Source: Acanthaster planci | Lineage: Eukaryota | DNA length: 64,000 nucleotides | Assembly (NCBI RefSeq): GCF_001949145.1 | Contig: NW_019091362.1 | Span: 1,185,838 to 1,249,837 of the forward strand | Reading direction: 5' to 3' | Part shown: in pieces, positions 1 to 12,687 of the stretch | Layout: the number at the start of each line of letters is the position of its first letter | How positions within the stretch are numbered: the stretch's first letter is position 1 | Notes under the pieces: model-generated | What the model was told of the DNA's origin: nothing | The model's input: only the letters and a program-made list of their open reading frames with translations | The model's database searches: none | Program-made: the position numbers and the translations under genes

Positions 1-1068
1 TGATAGATAATTTAAAAACGAAAAAGTCCTGTTGGATCGATACTGAATATGTATCAGATTCCTCAGAGCAGGAAACTTTCGCATGTTACACACACAAGTA
101 GAGTGATTGCACCCACTAAGTCACGTAACCTATAGTGGGTATCAAACATCAGTAAATATACCGGTACTCCCATAGCAAAGTGTGCCATAAGTGTCATTAT
201 CAAAAAATGAAGCCAACAGTCGGTAAGATACTGACTACAAACATGTTGAGTGCTATACCGAAAATCGGCAAAACCTAAAACACACTTTGCTAGGACGCCA
301 TGTTCGTTGATGTTTGATGCCGGTACCCATTATAGGTACGTGACTTCGTGGGCGAAATCGCTCAACTATAATTGCTCCATTGTTTTCGCTTGGTTAGCGC
401 GTGCAGTGGCGGCCGCATACACGCAAATTCGACATTTTTCGTACTGTTCATCTGGAGCATAAAAACTCAAAATGAAAAAGGGGTTTCCGATCCAACTACC
501 CACCACTGTTAATAAATAAGGCTTTGAAGGCAAATTGCAAACGTTCAAATCCTGACGATAAATTCACGATTTTGGGAACCTGACTTACGTAACAGCTTCA
601 GCATCATGGGGTCGTAGGAACAAAAGAAGGAGAAACGAACTGGTATGTGAAGTATAATGTCTATTTCCAGTTTGAAAAGGTCACTTTTTAAAGGATACTA
701 AATTTACCCAAATTTGTAGCATCAAAGTTGGTTTTATTTAAAGGAAAAAACGCTTACTCAAACTAACTTGAGCCTCACGTATGAGCATGGTACCTCATAT
801 TACATCTTGGGATAATATATTACCAGCACCCTTCTAAATGTGGCAAGTATTTCTTTAAAAGTCCCATGGGTAGTTAGATCGGATGATGGGGAGACCTTTT
901 CAGACAAGGCCTTGTACGTCAAAGTAACGTCAATTTTTCTTCCTCAGCATTTTGGCTTCCATATATTGAATGGGATCACCATTTGTTATTTTGTGATCTC
1001 TGCTATTTTCTGTTGCTTTCCTTTTTTTGGTTTTTTTTTTTTTGGGGGGACTGCTTTTTTCACCTTAC

Positions 1069-4000
1069 CTTTTCAGGAAAATGTGAAGCTGTAGCCAGGG
1101 CAAACTGGGCTCCAGTCGAAACACCAACCATACTGACACCTCCTGCTTTCACAAAGGGTTGATCACTCAACCAGTCGATGGCCTCCTACATTTAAAATAA
1201 AATGACAGACAAAGATCCCCAAAATACCATGAACGACAAAAAGGGAAAACTTTTCTCAATTTTCAACAGCCAAGGAAAGTAACCAAAAGTTGCTTTTGGG
1301 TGGAGCGCGTATACTGTACACAGTTGCACATGTACCTATATTTGATAGCCGAAAGAGCGTGCTCTTGCTCTGCACTAGAGTATCCTCTGTGCTTAAAGAT
1401 ACGATGGACAGTTTGCCTCCTCTGATTGGTCCAAGGCCCGCCACGTCACCGGTGTTAAAAATGCACTTAAGACGGGATTTGGACACATAATAAGCAGATA
1501 AGAGTTGAAGCTATGCATGGTGGAAGTACTGAATTAGGTTAGGCTTGCGGTACCACCATGTACAAGAAAATATCTCTTTTATGAGTGTTTGGTTCTGAGA
1601 AGTACCGATGGTGAACACTCGACGTTCCGGACAGTATGTTCTGTTCGTCTTCAGAAGGGTGACTGGTTGCCTGGCTCTGAGGATGCTGGTTTTAAGCACT
1701 GGAGAGGATGTTGAGGGTGCACTGGAGCAGACGGAACGGCTTGCTTGATGGTGGATTTGATGGTGGATCACTGATGTGTGCCAGTGGGGCATTGGGTGTA
1801 GCGAAAGGAGGAATTAGTGACCGTGGGTATAGATGGCCCATTGGTCTGGGAGGGTAATATGGAGTACCAGATGCTGCTGGTGTGGAAGCCAACGTCTTTG
1901 GGGACTGTGTGCTCCTGTGGCCACCGCTACAGTTACGCCAGCATGGTTCAAGGAGGCACAGTGTACAACTAAGTCTGTTGACATCGTCAGCCCTGCTGAC
2001 TGGATCTGTAAAATGTATTGAAAGTTCCCAGACGAGCGATTTGACCTACGCCAAGACGAGTCCATCCACATCCTGCCAGCAGACAAAGGTAATGCAACAG
2101 TAGTCATGGATAAGGCCGACTATGTCAGTAAGGTCACTGACATGCTCTCCACCCCTACTTACTGCACCCTGCAGAAAGACCCCACTCCGTCTGTTAAACA
2201 GAAGATCGCCAGCAAGTTGTTGGCACTCCACCGCTCCGATGCCATCCCCTACAAGCTTTACAGACAGCTCAGACCGTCCAGCTCCACCTGCCCCAGGTTC
2301 TATGCTTAGCCGAAGATACACAAACCTGTCACCTCACTCCGTCCCATTGTTACCTCAAGAGGAGGCCGCACCTACAACACCGCCAAGCATCTTACCACAA
2401 TTCTCTAACCCTTGGTGGGTAAATCCCCGCATCACGTCACGAAAATCTGATCAGTTTGTTCAGATGATCAAGCAAGTTGAACTCAGCCCTGACGACATTA
2501 TAATCAGCTTTGATGTCGTTTCCCTCTTCACCACCGTCCCCACAGGCGAGGCCTGCCTCATTGCCAAAGAACGTCTAGAGCGAGACCTCACTCTCTGTGC
2601 GCGCACAGCCCTATCCCTGGACCAAATCCATGACCTGTTGCTAACCTGCGTCTCGTCATCCAGCTTCAGATGGAGGGACAAGTTCTTCTAACAGTCATCT
2701 GGGACCTCCATGGGATCTCCTCTATCTCCGGTCCTGGTTTACATGTTCATGGACGTCTTCGAGAATACAACGCTTGACACAGCAGATCACCTCCCAAGCA
2801 CTTGGCTATGCGCTGGACGACACCTTCGCCATTTGGCCGCATGCCCCCCAGCACCTGCTAGCGTTCCCGGATCACCTCAACGACCTGCATCCCAACATAG
2901 AGGGATCCCTGGGGCATGCCGTCTACCACAAGCCAGACTGGTACCTGAGCAGCGCATCATTCCATCATCTCAGCATCAAGTCTTCAGTCAACCGTGCCCT
3001 GGTGCAGCGAGTCTACAAGATCTGCCATTAAGAAGACATCCAAGAAGAACTCAAGCACATCTCAAGAGCCCTCAAGCGCAACGGTTACCGCCAAGATCAA
3101 GAACCCAAGATCACTGACTGTCGGGTCCCCTATTCCTAGAGTCAACCACCTTCTTACAAGGCAACAGTGATCTTACCATACATAGGAAACGCATCCCACA
3201 AGATCCGACGCATCCTCCACCAAGCCAACATCTGAGTATTCCACGCTGCAGCCAAGAAACTTCAAGCCACCCTGCAGACCCACAAGGACAAGCAAGACCA
3301 TCAAACGAAAGCTGGTGTCGGAAGGACCCCCTACGAATGTAGGAAGGCGTACATCGGCAAGACTGGTCGGGACTTGCCCACCAGACCCAAAGAACACATC
3401 GCCCAGGGATGCAGAGGTGACTACGATAAATCAGCAATTGTCAAGCACTCACACATCAAGGATCACGTCATCAACTGGCAAGCAGCTCAACTTATCGCTC
3501 CGGTCAACAAGTGGTACCCATGACGCGTCAGGGAAGCAATCGAGATCTTCAGGCACGACACAGTCCTTCAAGCCGTTGGTCTCCACATCAGCAACATCTG
3601 GCACTCCGTGTTACCCTCCCAGACCAATGGGTCATCCATACCCACGGTCACTAGTTCCTCCTTTCACTACACCCGATGCCCCACTGCCACGCATCAGCAT
3701 CTGTGAGCGCACTCAGTAGTCTTTCAGTCCAGCGGATCCACCACCAAGCAAGCCATTCTACTGCAGTGCACCCTCAGCATCCTTTCCAGCGCTTAAAACC
3801 AGCATCCTCAGAGCCAGGCAACCAGTCACCCTCCTGAAGACGAACAGAGCATACTGTTCAGAACGTCGAGTGTTCACCATCGGTACTTCTCAGAACCACA
3901 CTCAAAAAAGAGATATTTTCTTGTACATGGCGTAACCGCAAGCCTAACATAATAAGCAGTAATATTCAACACAAACTTTTTATGAACACAAATGAAACCG

Positions 4001-7000
4001 ACCTTTCCTCAAATGTTTATTCACAGGGCAAATCCACGTTGGGCCTATCATGTACGAATATGTAGTGTTTTGAATATTTTCAACAGAAATTTATAATTTA
4101 GAGATGAAAGTGTGATGGAATGGTTTTAGACAACATGTACACGTAGTACATTTTAAAGCGACTAGGGCTAGCTGCCAATATTGGATCTTGCGTGAGGTTC
4201 GATGTATGATCAACGCTTTTGTTACCCATTCGCTATTTCTGAAATATGTACCTTGAAATATTCCAAATCTATGTTTCCCTTTGAGGGTAGATCCTCATAC
4301 AGGGAGTGCGGTAGAGCGAAGCAGACCAGCCCACGGGAAGCCAGCATAGCTGCGCGGAACTCCACCAAACCTCCAACAGCTCCAAACATGTCGATCACAC
4401 CTGGAAACGGTCCTGCCCCTGCACAAGGAGAACCGATCTGATTCAAGATTGTCAAGTGGCAGGTCCATGTAGGCTAATCATAGAGGAAGGACACAGAAAA
4501 GGAGTTGCAACTATGGACCTTCTTTGTATAATCTTTCCAATTTTTTGACATTTTTTCTATTATCCATGCAAAGATTGTAATTTTATTCGCCCTCTCTAAT
4601 ACATCAGTTTTCAAAGACTTGGTACCGATTCAACAAGATGTCGACCACTGCTGAAATGCTTAGTACATAAGGAACAAAGTGCGCAAGGAGTGACCATGAA
4701 ATCTCGTAGAATACACTATTGTGCAGATGCTGTAATAAAATGATCAAAACAAACACAAAATCTTGTAAACTACGGGGCTCTTTATTCCCAATTGATAAAT
4801 CCAGAAGAAAGTATGGGCTGCACTTGTACATTTAGGGCACACGGCGTAATGCAAGCAAAATGCTTAAGCATTTTGATGTTTTGAGATCATACCAAGCACC
4901 AACAAATGCGTGAATATTCAACTTCCTATACCTCAGTACACAAAGTTTTAAGGATGCAGATAACTAGCGAAACAATTGCTGCAGCGATCATAGGGTAGAA
5001 AGGCGTTCGCTGCCTCGCTAAGGGTATACCAGGAATGCCAGAAAGCGGTAATTGGCCAGATGTTATATAGCCCTGGCAGTTCAAACACCTTCTGTATCCT
5101 TCCTCTGTGGTTTAATAAAAACCGGCTTAGCCTTGTTTCCGGCACAATGACTCTGAGCCTAATGTGTCGTAAAAATACAAAGTGGAAAAGCCGGGGGTGA
5201 CGGTCAATTACTGCCCCACAACTTTTGCTAACAAACACGTTACTTGTAAGCCCGACGTCATTTTAAAAAGTCTGATTTTTTTTTCAATTCAATTCATTCA
5301 ATTCAGTTCAACAGCAACATTTATTTCCATAATGCCATGTATGGAATATGACGAAAATACATGTGGAAAATTATGACAACAAAATAAATTCAAGGAGAAA
5401 AGATGCAAAAATAAAGCAGACAAAAATGGAGGCATTTAATATCAGGCAGACTTGATCTTATGTAGACATGCCTTGAACAAAACAGGACAAAACGAGACAA
5501 TCGGACGGGACAAAACAACGGACAATACATTCTGTACGTAGGGCCTATGCGCAATAAAAGTAGGTCAGTACTTATTGTGTTGTTGAACGTGCCTTGGCCT
5601 GGGCTCTCGTATGCAATGAAGCAACCGGCGGCCATTTACGGTGCCAAATACAATTGGGCAATTCACAATTGTGCGCCTCCAAGAGTTTGCAACGAGTTGG
5701 TCAATCACGATGCGCGAAATATGTCGACCCAATGCGCATTTGGAAAGTGTCGACAGATTTCGCGCATTGTAATTGGCCAAACGCACTGCAAACTCTTGGA
5801 GGCGCAATATTGTGAATTGCCCGTATTATGATCATTGGCTCACTTGATTTTTTCCATGAACGATGTGGTCAACAATGATGAGCCTTTTTATTACCAAAGG
5901 CTCAGCTATGTAGGATGATTAAGGGCATTGCGATTCCAGACTTTTTATTTGACGTCTGTGTGGTAAAGGGCTAATCTCTTTCACAAAGGAAGGGCAGGTG
6001 TCGCAATGCATTGTGGGTGGGATATGGCCTCAACTGTGGATTTCATTGTGTACAGGTGTTATGCAAATCGAATTGAATCGAATCGAAAAAAAGAAATCGT
6101 AGGGGAATAAAATCTTCATCCAAATCCAAAATGGGCCTAAACACAGCTGATAATAGCCGATCTTGAACATAAAAGCACCTTTTGGTTTGAATAATGCCCC
6201 CCTAAGGCGCCCGCTGTGGACCCTGATCCTTTCCACGTTCTTGCTCATGTACCATCTCTCGGAAGTCGCAGTAGCCTCCGGTTCAGCCGTTTGCAATGCA
6301 TCGGTGTCCAGATGTCCATAGTGCAAAGAGAGATTTACCGTCACTGGCTTCGTGACGTCTTTAACGAAGAAACGAGTGCCGAGTTTCTGACCTCGGAAAG
6401 GCTGCATGCTCCAGAACAGCCCCATTGATTCAGAACCTACTCGGAAAAAAATGAGGGGAGGGTCAAACCGTGTAATTAAAATAGTCTCCGTAAACGTGCA
6501 CCGAGGTTCGATTCGAGTGATTTTCATTCAAGAATTGTCTGAAATATTGAGCAGGGGAAAGAGTGCATGTTATTCCCAAATAGTTTCCTGTGTCGGGGAC
6601 AGAGATTTGAGACATTATAGACAGTAATCGTCGGTTAATACGTACATCAACAAAATGTCTATTTTTATATTATCTTTTAAAAGTTTCACATGTTATTCAT
6701 TTCTAATGAAATTTAGGTACCTCTTGAGAGATCGTTGCTTTACAAAAGAAGCAGAAAGACATTTACCAGAAATTAGTTATTAGTTTGAGCAACCCAAGGC
6801 CTGTCTTAAGACCGGATGACTTGTAATAAGTTTACAGGGGCTGGTGATGGACCAGACTACAATACTGTTCACAAGAAAATAATAGGAGAAAGTTCATATC
6901 TTCGGGAGAAAGTCAATAAATATTTGCCATACCAGTGTACGTTCCGCCTAAGGAAGACTGCTTAGGGACCGAAACAACTCCGTCATCGTCGACTATGTAA

Positions 7001-10000
7001 TGACCGTAACCTTCAAACATCACTTTTCTAAAGCGGGTTTCCACCTCAGAGACAGATCTGGTTGAACACAAACAGACAGGATCAAACTCTCTGAAGGAAT
7101 ATTATCGTCAGAACCATCAATAAATATCTAAGATCATTTGAATTTTCGATTGCGAAACAAACTGATGTTTTTCCTTTTTTTCCCTCTCTGCTAGGAGTTT
7201 TCATTTGATTGCAGGGAATAACTTCATTCCAAATCAGCAATGCAACACTGCGAAGAGAGAGTGGATTGATGTCGGGTATTAATTTTCGACGGAAACTTAT
7301 TGATGTTCTGCAGGCTATAGGTACAATTGCTCCATAGGGTTGAGTGTATAAAACTAAACCACTTGTCATCTTATTTCGTAATTGAAAAATGGAAAGCAAA
7401 GCCAAGGCCATATTGACGACACAGTACAAGTACTTATGGATGCACTTATTAAATAAACATGAATATGGCCAGATGAAACAATGCATGCAACTGCAAATTA
7501 AAACGAAGCCTGGCATTATGCGGTTCAAATAAGGTGACTCGTACCGCAAGTTAATACATTAATGCCATTTTTAAAATTGCTCTGTAAGTTGATAGAGACA
7601 TAAGAAAATGTCATAAAATATCATTCTTATATTTATCTTCATTTTTCATATAGTTGGCCCGTGCATTTAAAAATTATGCTATGGAAACGAAAATTGCGTT
7701 CTGTTACAATAACTACAACTGAATGCGTGCATGTATGAAAAAATACGTCCGTAACCCCACGAAGCGATCTTCACCGATTACAGAGAAACTTGAGGCCTAC
7801 CATCTCGCAAAATCAAAAACTTGAATATTCCAGACCATGGTGTTTTTTTTCATATAGTTCAACTCTATTTCCACGGTGACCAAAGTATCCCTTTCGTTGC
7901 TCTTCCGCGGCAGGTGCATTTAGAATTGGCATTCATCGGTTAAATCAATTAACATCAGTAAGTTTCGTCATTTTCAAATTGTATTGGATGTTAAAAAATA
8001 TTTTTTCAGAGCTTTTTTTTATTGCCCTAAGCCATTTGTGTTATACTTTACATTATACAGTATGCTATTTGGTTTATTTTTATGCACAAGGCAAGTATGA
8101 AGCTGCACGAAGGAAAAAGCACATGAACAATGGACAAATATATGAATACCATGCATGCATGCAGACGTCGACTCCATCGACCTTATAATGTAATTAAAAT
8201 GTTACTGTCATTAATACACTTCGTTAAGTATGTAGAAAAGCAGATACTGAAGTATGGTTCATAAGCAGAATATTTTCAAATTAACATTGACCTTTTAAAT
8301 CTATTCTGTAGAGCAAAAGAGCGTTTTAATTAAGCAAACATCATTCCCTTATTAGTTTGATTGTGAAGCGGAAATTAGTTTACTTTCCGGCGAGTTCCTA
8401 CGTCATGCTGTTTGCTTTTATAATATATATATATTAACGAATGTCAGCAGAATGTGAGAGGCCTCCGGGAGGTCCTTTATCGCGGTGCCTCGTTATCTAG
8501 TGCGCCTCCGGAGGTCTCCTTCAGTTTGGGCGGCGCCTCAAATACAGAGTTCCCCCGGGGAAATAAAAGCATGAATGGAAAGTTTATTTTTTAGCATAGT
8601 TTAGGTATGCAGAAAACCCTATAGGGTCTGTTGCAAACAGAAATAGAACGTCTTGGGGTTTTTTCAGTACGGAGCGTAGGCCTACAAACCTTACTCCATG
8701 GAAGGTAGTGTTGCGCACCCGCAAATCTTGGAATTCTAGCGCCCCGTAGTTTTACTCGTTCTCGGTCCTTGCATTTGTCAGGGTCTCTTATTTAGCTCAG
8801 CTATGCATTGTGGAAATGTAGTAGAGACGCTAATTTTGTATTACGTTATTCATGCTGTACTGGCGTGATGGCGTGTTCCTTCACTCCTTTGTCCTTGTGT
8901 TTTCTCTGCTCAGTTTTGGCATGTCAAAATTCCCCTCCATGTGGCTGCATGCGTGGTTGGGCATGGTAAGGTTCCCTGGAATACTAATGTCCAGAAACCT
9001 CAAACTTTGTAATTGTCAATCATTCGCCACAGATGACCGGGTAAGCACTTTCACGCACCCGGCTCTACACTTTGTACACGTGACTTCTTATTCTGTATTT
9101 TACCTTTTTACACACGACACTTAGATTCTTGCACACGACTCTAGCAGGAAGTCATGTGACCCTTTGAAATGGAAGATTTTCATTGGTTGAGCTGTTCAGC
9201 GACGCTCATATTTTATTAATTCCTAAGCCTCTAGAATCCTATAAATAGAGCAGATTTTCCTCAGTTTGTCGGGTTCGTTGTTGCGAGAGCGGAACCTAAC
9301 GTAGTGCGGCAGTTGGACCCTTTCCGAGAGAAGTGCGATAGTAACCATTCTTATGGCGAAGAAATGTAACCATATGAATGGCCAGCTTAGCTTGGACCAA
9401 TGCGAGAGCGGTACGAATTAGCCCAGGGTGCTAGTGAGAGTCGTAGCGGCCCGTCACCGCTACGTCCGAACCGACTGCCGGGCGAGACACCCCGCGTGTC
9501 CCTCGCCACCCTTGTCCTGCTAACTAGCCCTGTCCTCCCCGTCTCTACGCTGAGCCAATGGTACATAGTGCGGCGATCTTATCATTGCGCTCATCACGTT
9601 GCTGTCTGAGCGGCAGTGTGGTCGGTACATACCGGCGCTGGCCCCATCCAGCCCTTGCTAGTCACCTTGGTGGTCCGGGACAGCTCCCACCACGGCCCGG
9701 CCCGATGAGTGTAGCCTAGCTGTGTGATGCTACACACACGTACCGTACCCACCCCGTCTGACTTGCATTCCCAATGGTCCTGCCAAACTGTAGTTTAGTT
9801 ACACTCGTATATAACTTCGCCTCTCTATAACTTTGCCTTTTGTGTGTTGTATTATGTTAAGCTACACCTTCTTCAAACCCACATTGAACTTTGATGAAGA
9901 GAAGTGAGAGCAATAAACCAACCATACAGTTTGACTGTCACCTAAACCCCTTGTTTCATGTCCACCTTTTAACAAATTGTTGACCCCAAATATCACATCC

Positions 10001-11984
10001 CGTAGACACTAATGAAGTCCATGCTACCATCGACTTGATATTTAGGGAACGCAACAATATTAATGGGGCCTTGGGGGATCTGTGTACGCATAATCATCAG
10101 ACAAAGGTTACTTCGCCCGTTGTCTCCTGATAAAATAATACACAGCAGTGTAGCAAGTGCTGTTCCTGTCCTACCTCAGCCGTCTGTCCAGTGCTGCTTT
10201 TTTCAGCAGATGTCACCAGATGGTACGGCCGAAGTTGGCCATGCGTAATAATAATAAATCATCTTTTCTAATTCCACTCTTCATGAGGTAGTCCATGAAA
10301 TAGACAGAATACGGTGAGCAACGGGTGGCAGTGGACTACACTGTAAAATACCGTTAAAATGAGCAGTATGTACTGTATTTTTGTAACATTTATCTACTGT
10401 CAACTTCGTTTATGTACACGTATTTACTGTGCTTTTGTGAATGCGGAACATTACTGTACATTTATCAGTAATGTTTTACGGTGTAAGCTTTGACCTCAAT
10501 TTGCATATCGACACAAATGGGGCTTGCTACTTTTGCCGACTACTTTTGTGGTTTCCATTCTTTACGCAAGTATTTGAGATTAGTCTGACAAAATGTTTGT
10601 GCTTTTTGGATGTAGTTTTACACGTAAATGCGTACGAATGCCTAACAGATAAATCGAACGTGAAAATGAAAAATCTTACTTTTTCATGTTCCAACCACGA
10701 GAGCACTTCCTCACCGTAGCCACGATGATTGGCATCCAGTCGTGCGCGAAGTGATCTCATTAATTTGCGCATTTTAGAAAGCCCGGTCATTTTGGTTTTC
10801 ACGAACTGACACCAATCTTAACGTCACCACTAAAAACGACTTTTCATTGAAATTTTATGCATGCATCTACGGATGGACTAAATTCTTGTCAAACTTGTCG
10901 AAGTATTGTTTTAAACGTTGTACTGTTTTAACGAGAGTGGGTGCCACTTCGTGAAAACGAAAATCAGTCAGTTTCGCGTCAGCGTCCAATATGTGCGCGT
11001 ACCACCGGGTGTTAGTTCGTGGAACCGAAATTGTTGATAACGCGGTTATCACGAACTGACATGCACCCACTTGCAGGTTATTGTCAGTTCGTGGTGTCGG
11101 CGCATACCATGTCAGTGCACATTAAGAATGTATATAAAGTTCTGCCGTGGTCAAGGCTTCTGAAGACGACGTATGTGTATTTTATACGTAATTATATTTG
11201 AGCTGTTAAAGATTAACATGAATTAGAGAATCCATTATCAACAGAACGTATATCTAAATACGCATGCACTATGTAGAATGAACCCGTATTGAATGAAAAG
11301 GGCAACGTGCTTTGTCTAATGTCTCCATGACATTAATGTAAATAATTGACTTAAGTCACTGTTGATTTTACGGTTAATTACTGTCCAACTCAATGACGGC
11401 GCTTTACCGTAAAAAAAATTACTTTAAATCATTAACAGTACACTACTGGCGCCCGTGCTGTCAGTAAAGTACTGTGAGAATTTACAGTGAAAAAACTACA
11501 GTGTAGCCTACTTTGGAGGGGGAGGGGTCCAGCAAAATGTACCCTTTGGAAACTTGTGAAAAAAAGAACAGAAAAGAAGAAAGGATGGCCTGTCGGCTGG
11601 CAAACTATCATACCTAAACATGACTGGTCATGAAAACAGATTACTTGTCAGTTACAACAGACCAATGTAGTACAGGCACCAGCCAGTGAAATTCAATATT
11701 CCACAAGTTTACGAAATATCGCCTCAAAAAGGCAAACACCCTGAATCAGCCAGAAGGGATGATAGAAAACAATGGTACCTCATGTCACACCAATCTAATC
11801 TCCCATTTGAAGATAAAGGAAAATATTGCTGGTGTACAAGTGAGGCCGGAGTGTATGTTCCTTACCTGATAGTCACTGGGCTATAAGTCTTCAGTCCGGT
11901 CGCTTGGATTGCCACTTTGGTATCAATCAAGGATGTAGAAGGGGTGACGATCAAACGTGCCAGTTTACTGACTTTTGATATCAT
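1069..11984 (-). CDS. Acyl-CoA thioesterase / bile acid-CoA:amino acid N-acyltransferase family protein (ACOT/BAAT-like), 5 coding exons found, 3' part not located
   Basis: Phase-consistent GT-AG exons: 11984-11866 ([40 protein letters not shown]), 7057-6933 (..[29 protein letters not shown]), 6436-6179 ([39 protein letters not shown]), 4418-4252 ([41 protein letters not shown]), 1185-1069 ([30 protein letters not shown].., GxSxG nucleophile). Motifs are typical of type I ACOT/BAAT. Confidence 0.92.
1498..3946 (+). mobile_element. Penelope-like retroelement (RT + GIY-YIG), decayed, with inverted pseudo-LTR, in ACOT intron 4
   Basis: Broken ORF ~2037-3560 with [47 protein letters not shown], a frameshifted (Y)xDDTFAIW, YIGKTGR and REAIEI. 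1535-1910 is an inverted, diverged copy of ~3558-3948. ACATAATAAGCAG is directly repeated at 1485-1497 and 3947-3959 (TSD). Several stops and frameshifts. Confidence 0.93.
3826..3877 (+). ncRNA. Hammerhead-ribozyme-like motif in the Penelope pLTR (non-canonical core); inverted copy at 1611-1663
   Basis: ctc-CTGAAGA-c-GAACAG-agcata-CTGTTC-agaa-CGTC-gag: CUGANGA box, 6-bp stem II, ACGT palindrome and a short ctc/gag stem I. The GAAA box reads AGAA here and GGAA in the other copy. Confidence 0.65.
4479..5109. mobile_element. Non-autonomous TIR DNA transposon, copy 1 (TIR CATAGAGGAAGGACACAG)
   Basis: TIR at 4479 and its inverse (CTGTATCCTTCCTCTGTG) ending at 5109. The interior aligns by eye with 17104-18381. 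Confidence 0.75.
5656..5822. mobile_element. Palindromic MITE (GGGCAATTCACAAT..ATTGTGAATTGCCC); related copies at 14762-14835 (half) and 50731-50875
   Basis: Near-perfect foldback over ~165 bp, with three dispersed copies in the window. Confidence 0.85.
8810..10000 (+). mobile_element. Putative solo-LTR-like insertion, ends uncertain
   Basis: TATAAATA at ~9240 is followed by a CpG-rich block and AATAAA at ~9912. The layout resembles the LTR at 15274-16239. No TSD found. Confidence 0.35.
10339..11503. mobile_element. Non-autonomous CACTA/EnSpm-like element
   Basis: Starts CACTGTAAAA and ends CTACAGTG, flanked by TA on both sides. Many TTTACTGT/TTACGGT/ACAGTA subterminal repeats at both ends. 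Confidence 0.65.
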
Positions 11985-12115
11985 CTTAACTTTAGATGGG
12001 GCAGAGGGACGCAAAGTGTATGAAGTCTGTATGGTATCGCAGGTCGCCAGTGGAGATGCTCGTGGTGTGATTATCACACTAATCAACTGCAGCTTCAGGT
12101 GCGACTGGTTCGGCT

Positions 12116-12123
12116 CTTTTATA
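12116..12123 (-). promoter_or_regulatory. Candidate TATA box of the ACOT gene
   Basis: TATAAAAG on the minus strand, ~35 nt upstream of an Inr-like GCAGTT and ~135 nt upstream of the ATG at 11984. An in-frame stop lies upstream of that ATG. Confidence 0.45.
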
Positions 12124-12687
12124 CGTCAAATGCCACTCTGCTTCTGGGAGGTTGCGTACGCATAAAGGGAAAATTATAATTTTGCACGTATGCAAATAAT
12201 GCAAAAGATGCAAGCCGTCCTCTGAAAATGAACATAAACAGGGGTTTTGTATTTCAGCAGGTTTTTTTAAATAAATACATTTCGATTTTCGTATAGGATA
12301 CGCAGTTTGTGTACCAGGGAATGTAAGCCGTTTTATTGGAGCGAGGTGTTTAAATTGTAGTTGCAAAATTCACTTGTCACTTGTTCAACGTAACTGATGA
12401 GTCATTTTATTGGGTGCCACCCGGTCACTCTTATGTATCGCTGAAATAAATCTTTATTTCTTGCTTTCCATCCTTCTTTCTCAATTTGTTTCTCAGACAT
12501 GCCCTGCAGCTTTTCTCCTTAACTTTGAAGATAAATTGGCCATGATCCCAAACGGTGTATAACTCTGACGTCATCATGACAACATCGGGGGTCAAATTAC
12601 AATCAATTGAAATCTGATATTTTCTAATCTTTAAAAATCCCTATTAGGCCGTCATTTTGTCCTGAACGTACAACCACTCACTCTTAA

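Noticed and set aside
770..900. Possible next ACOT exon
   Set aside because: All three minus-strand frames hit stops or lack ACOT motifs.
7082..7549. 155-aa minus-strand ORF in ACOT intron 1 (also the 171-aa ORF at 24441-24956)
   Set aside because: No recognisable motifs and intron-like composition. The second ORF lies mostly within a piggyBac-like MITE and overlaps a real exon out of frame.
8455..8520. GC-rich imperfect hairpin (GAGAGGCCTCCGGGAGG / CCTCCGGAGGTCTCC)
   Set aside because: Isolated, with no ribozyme or RNA-gene signature and no element ends to anchor it.
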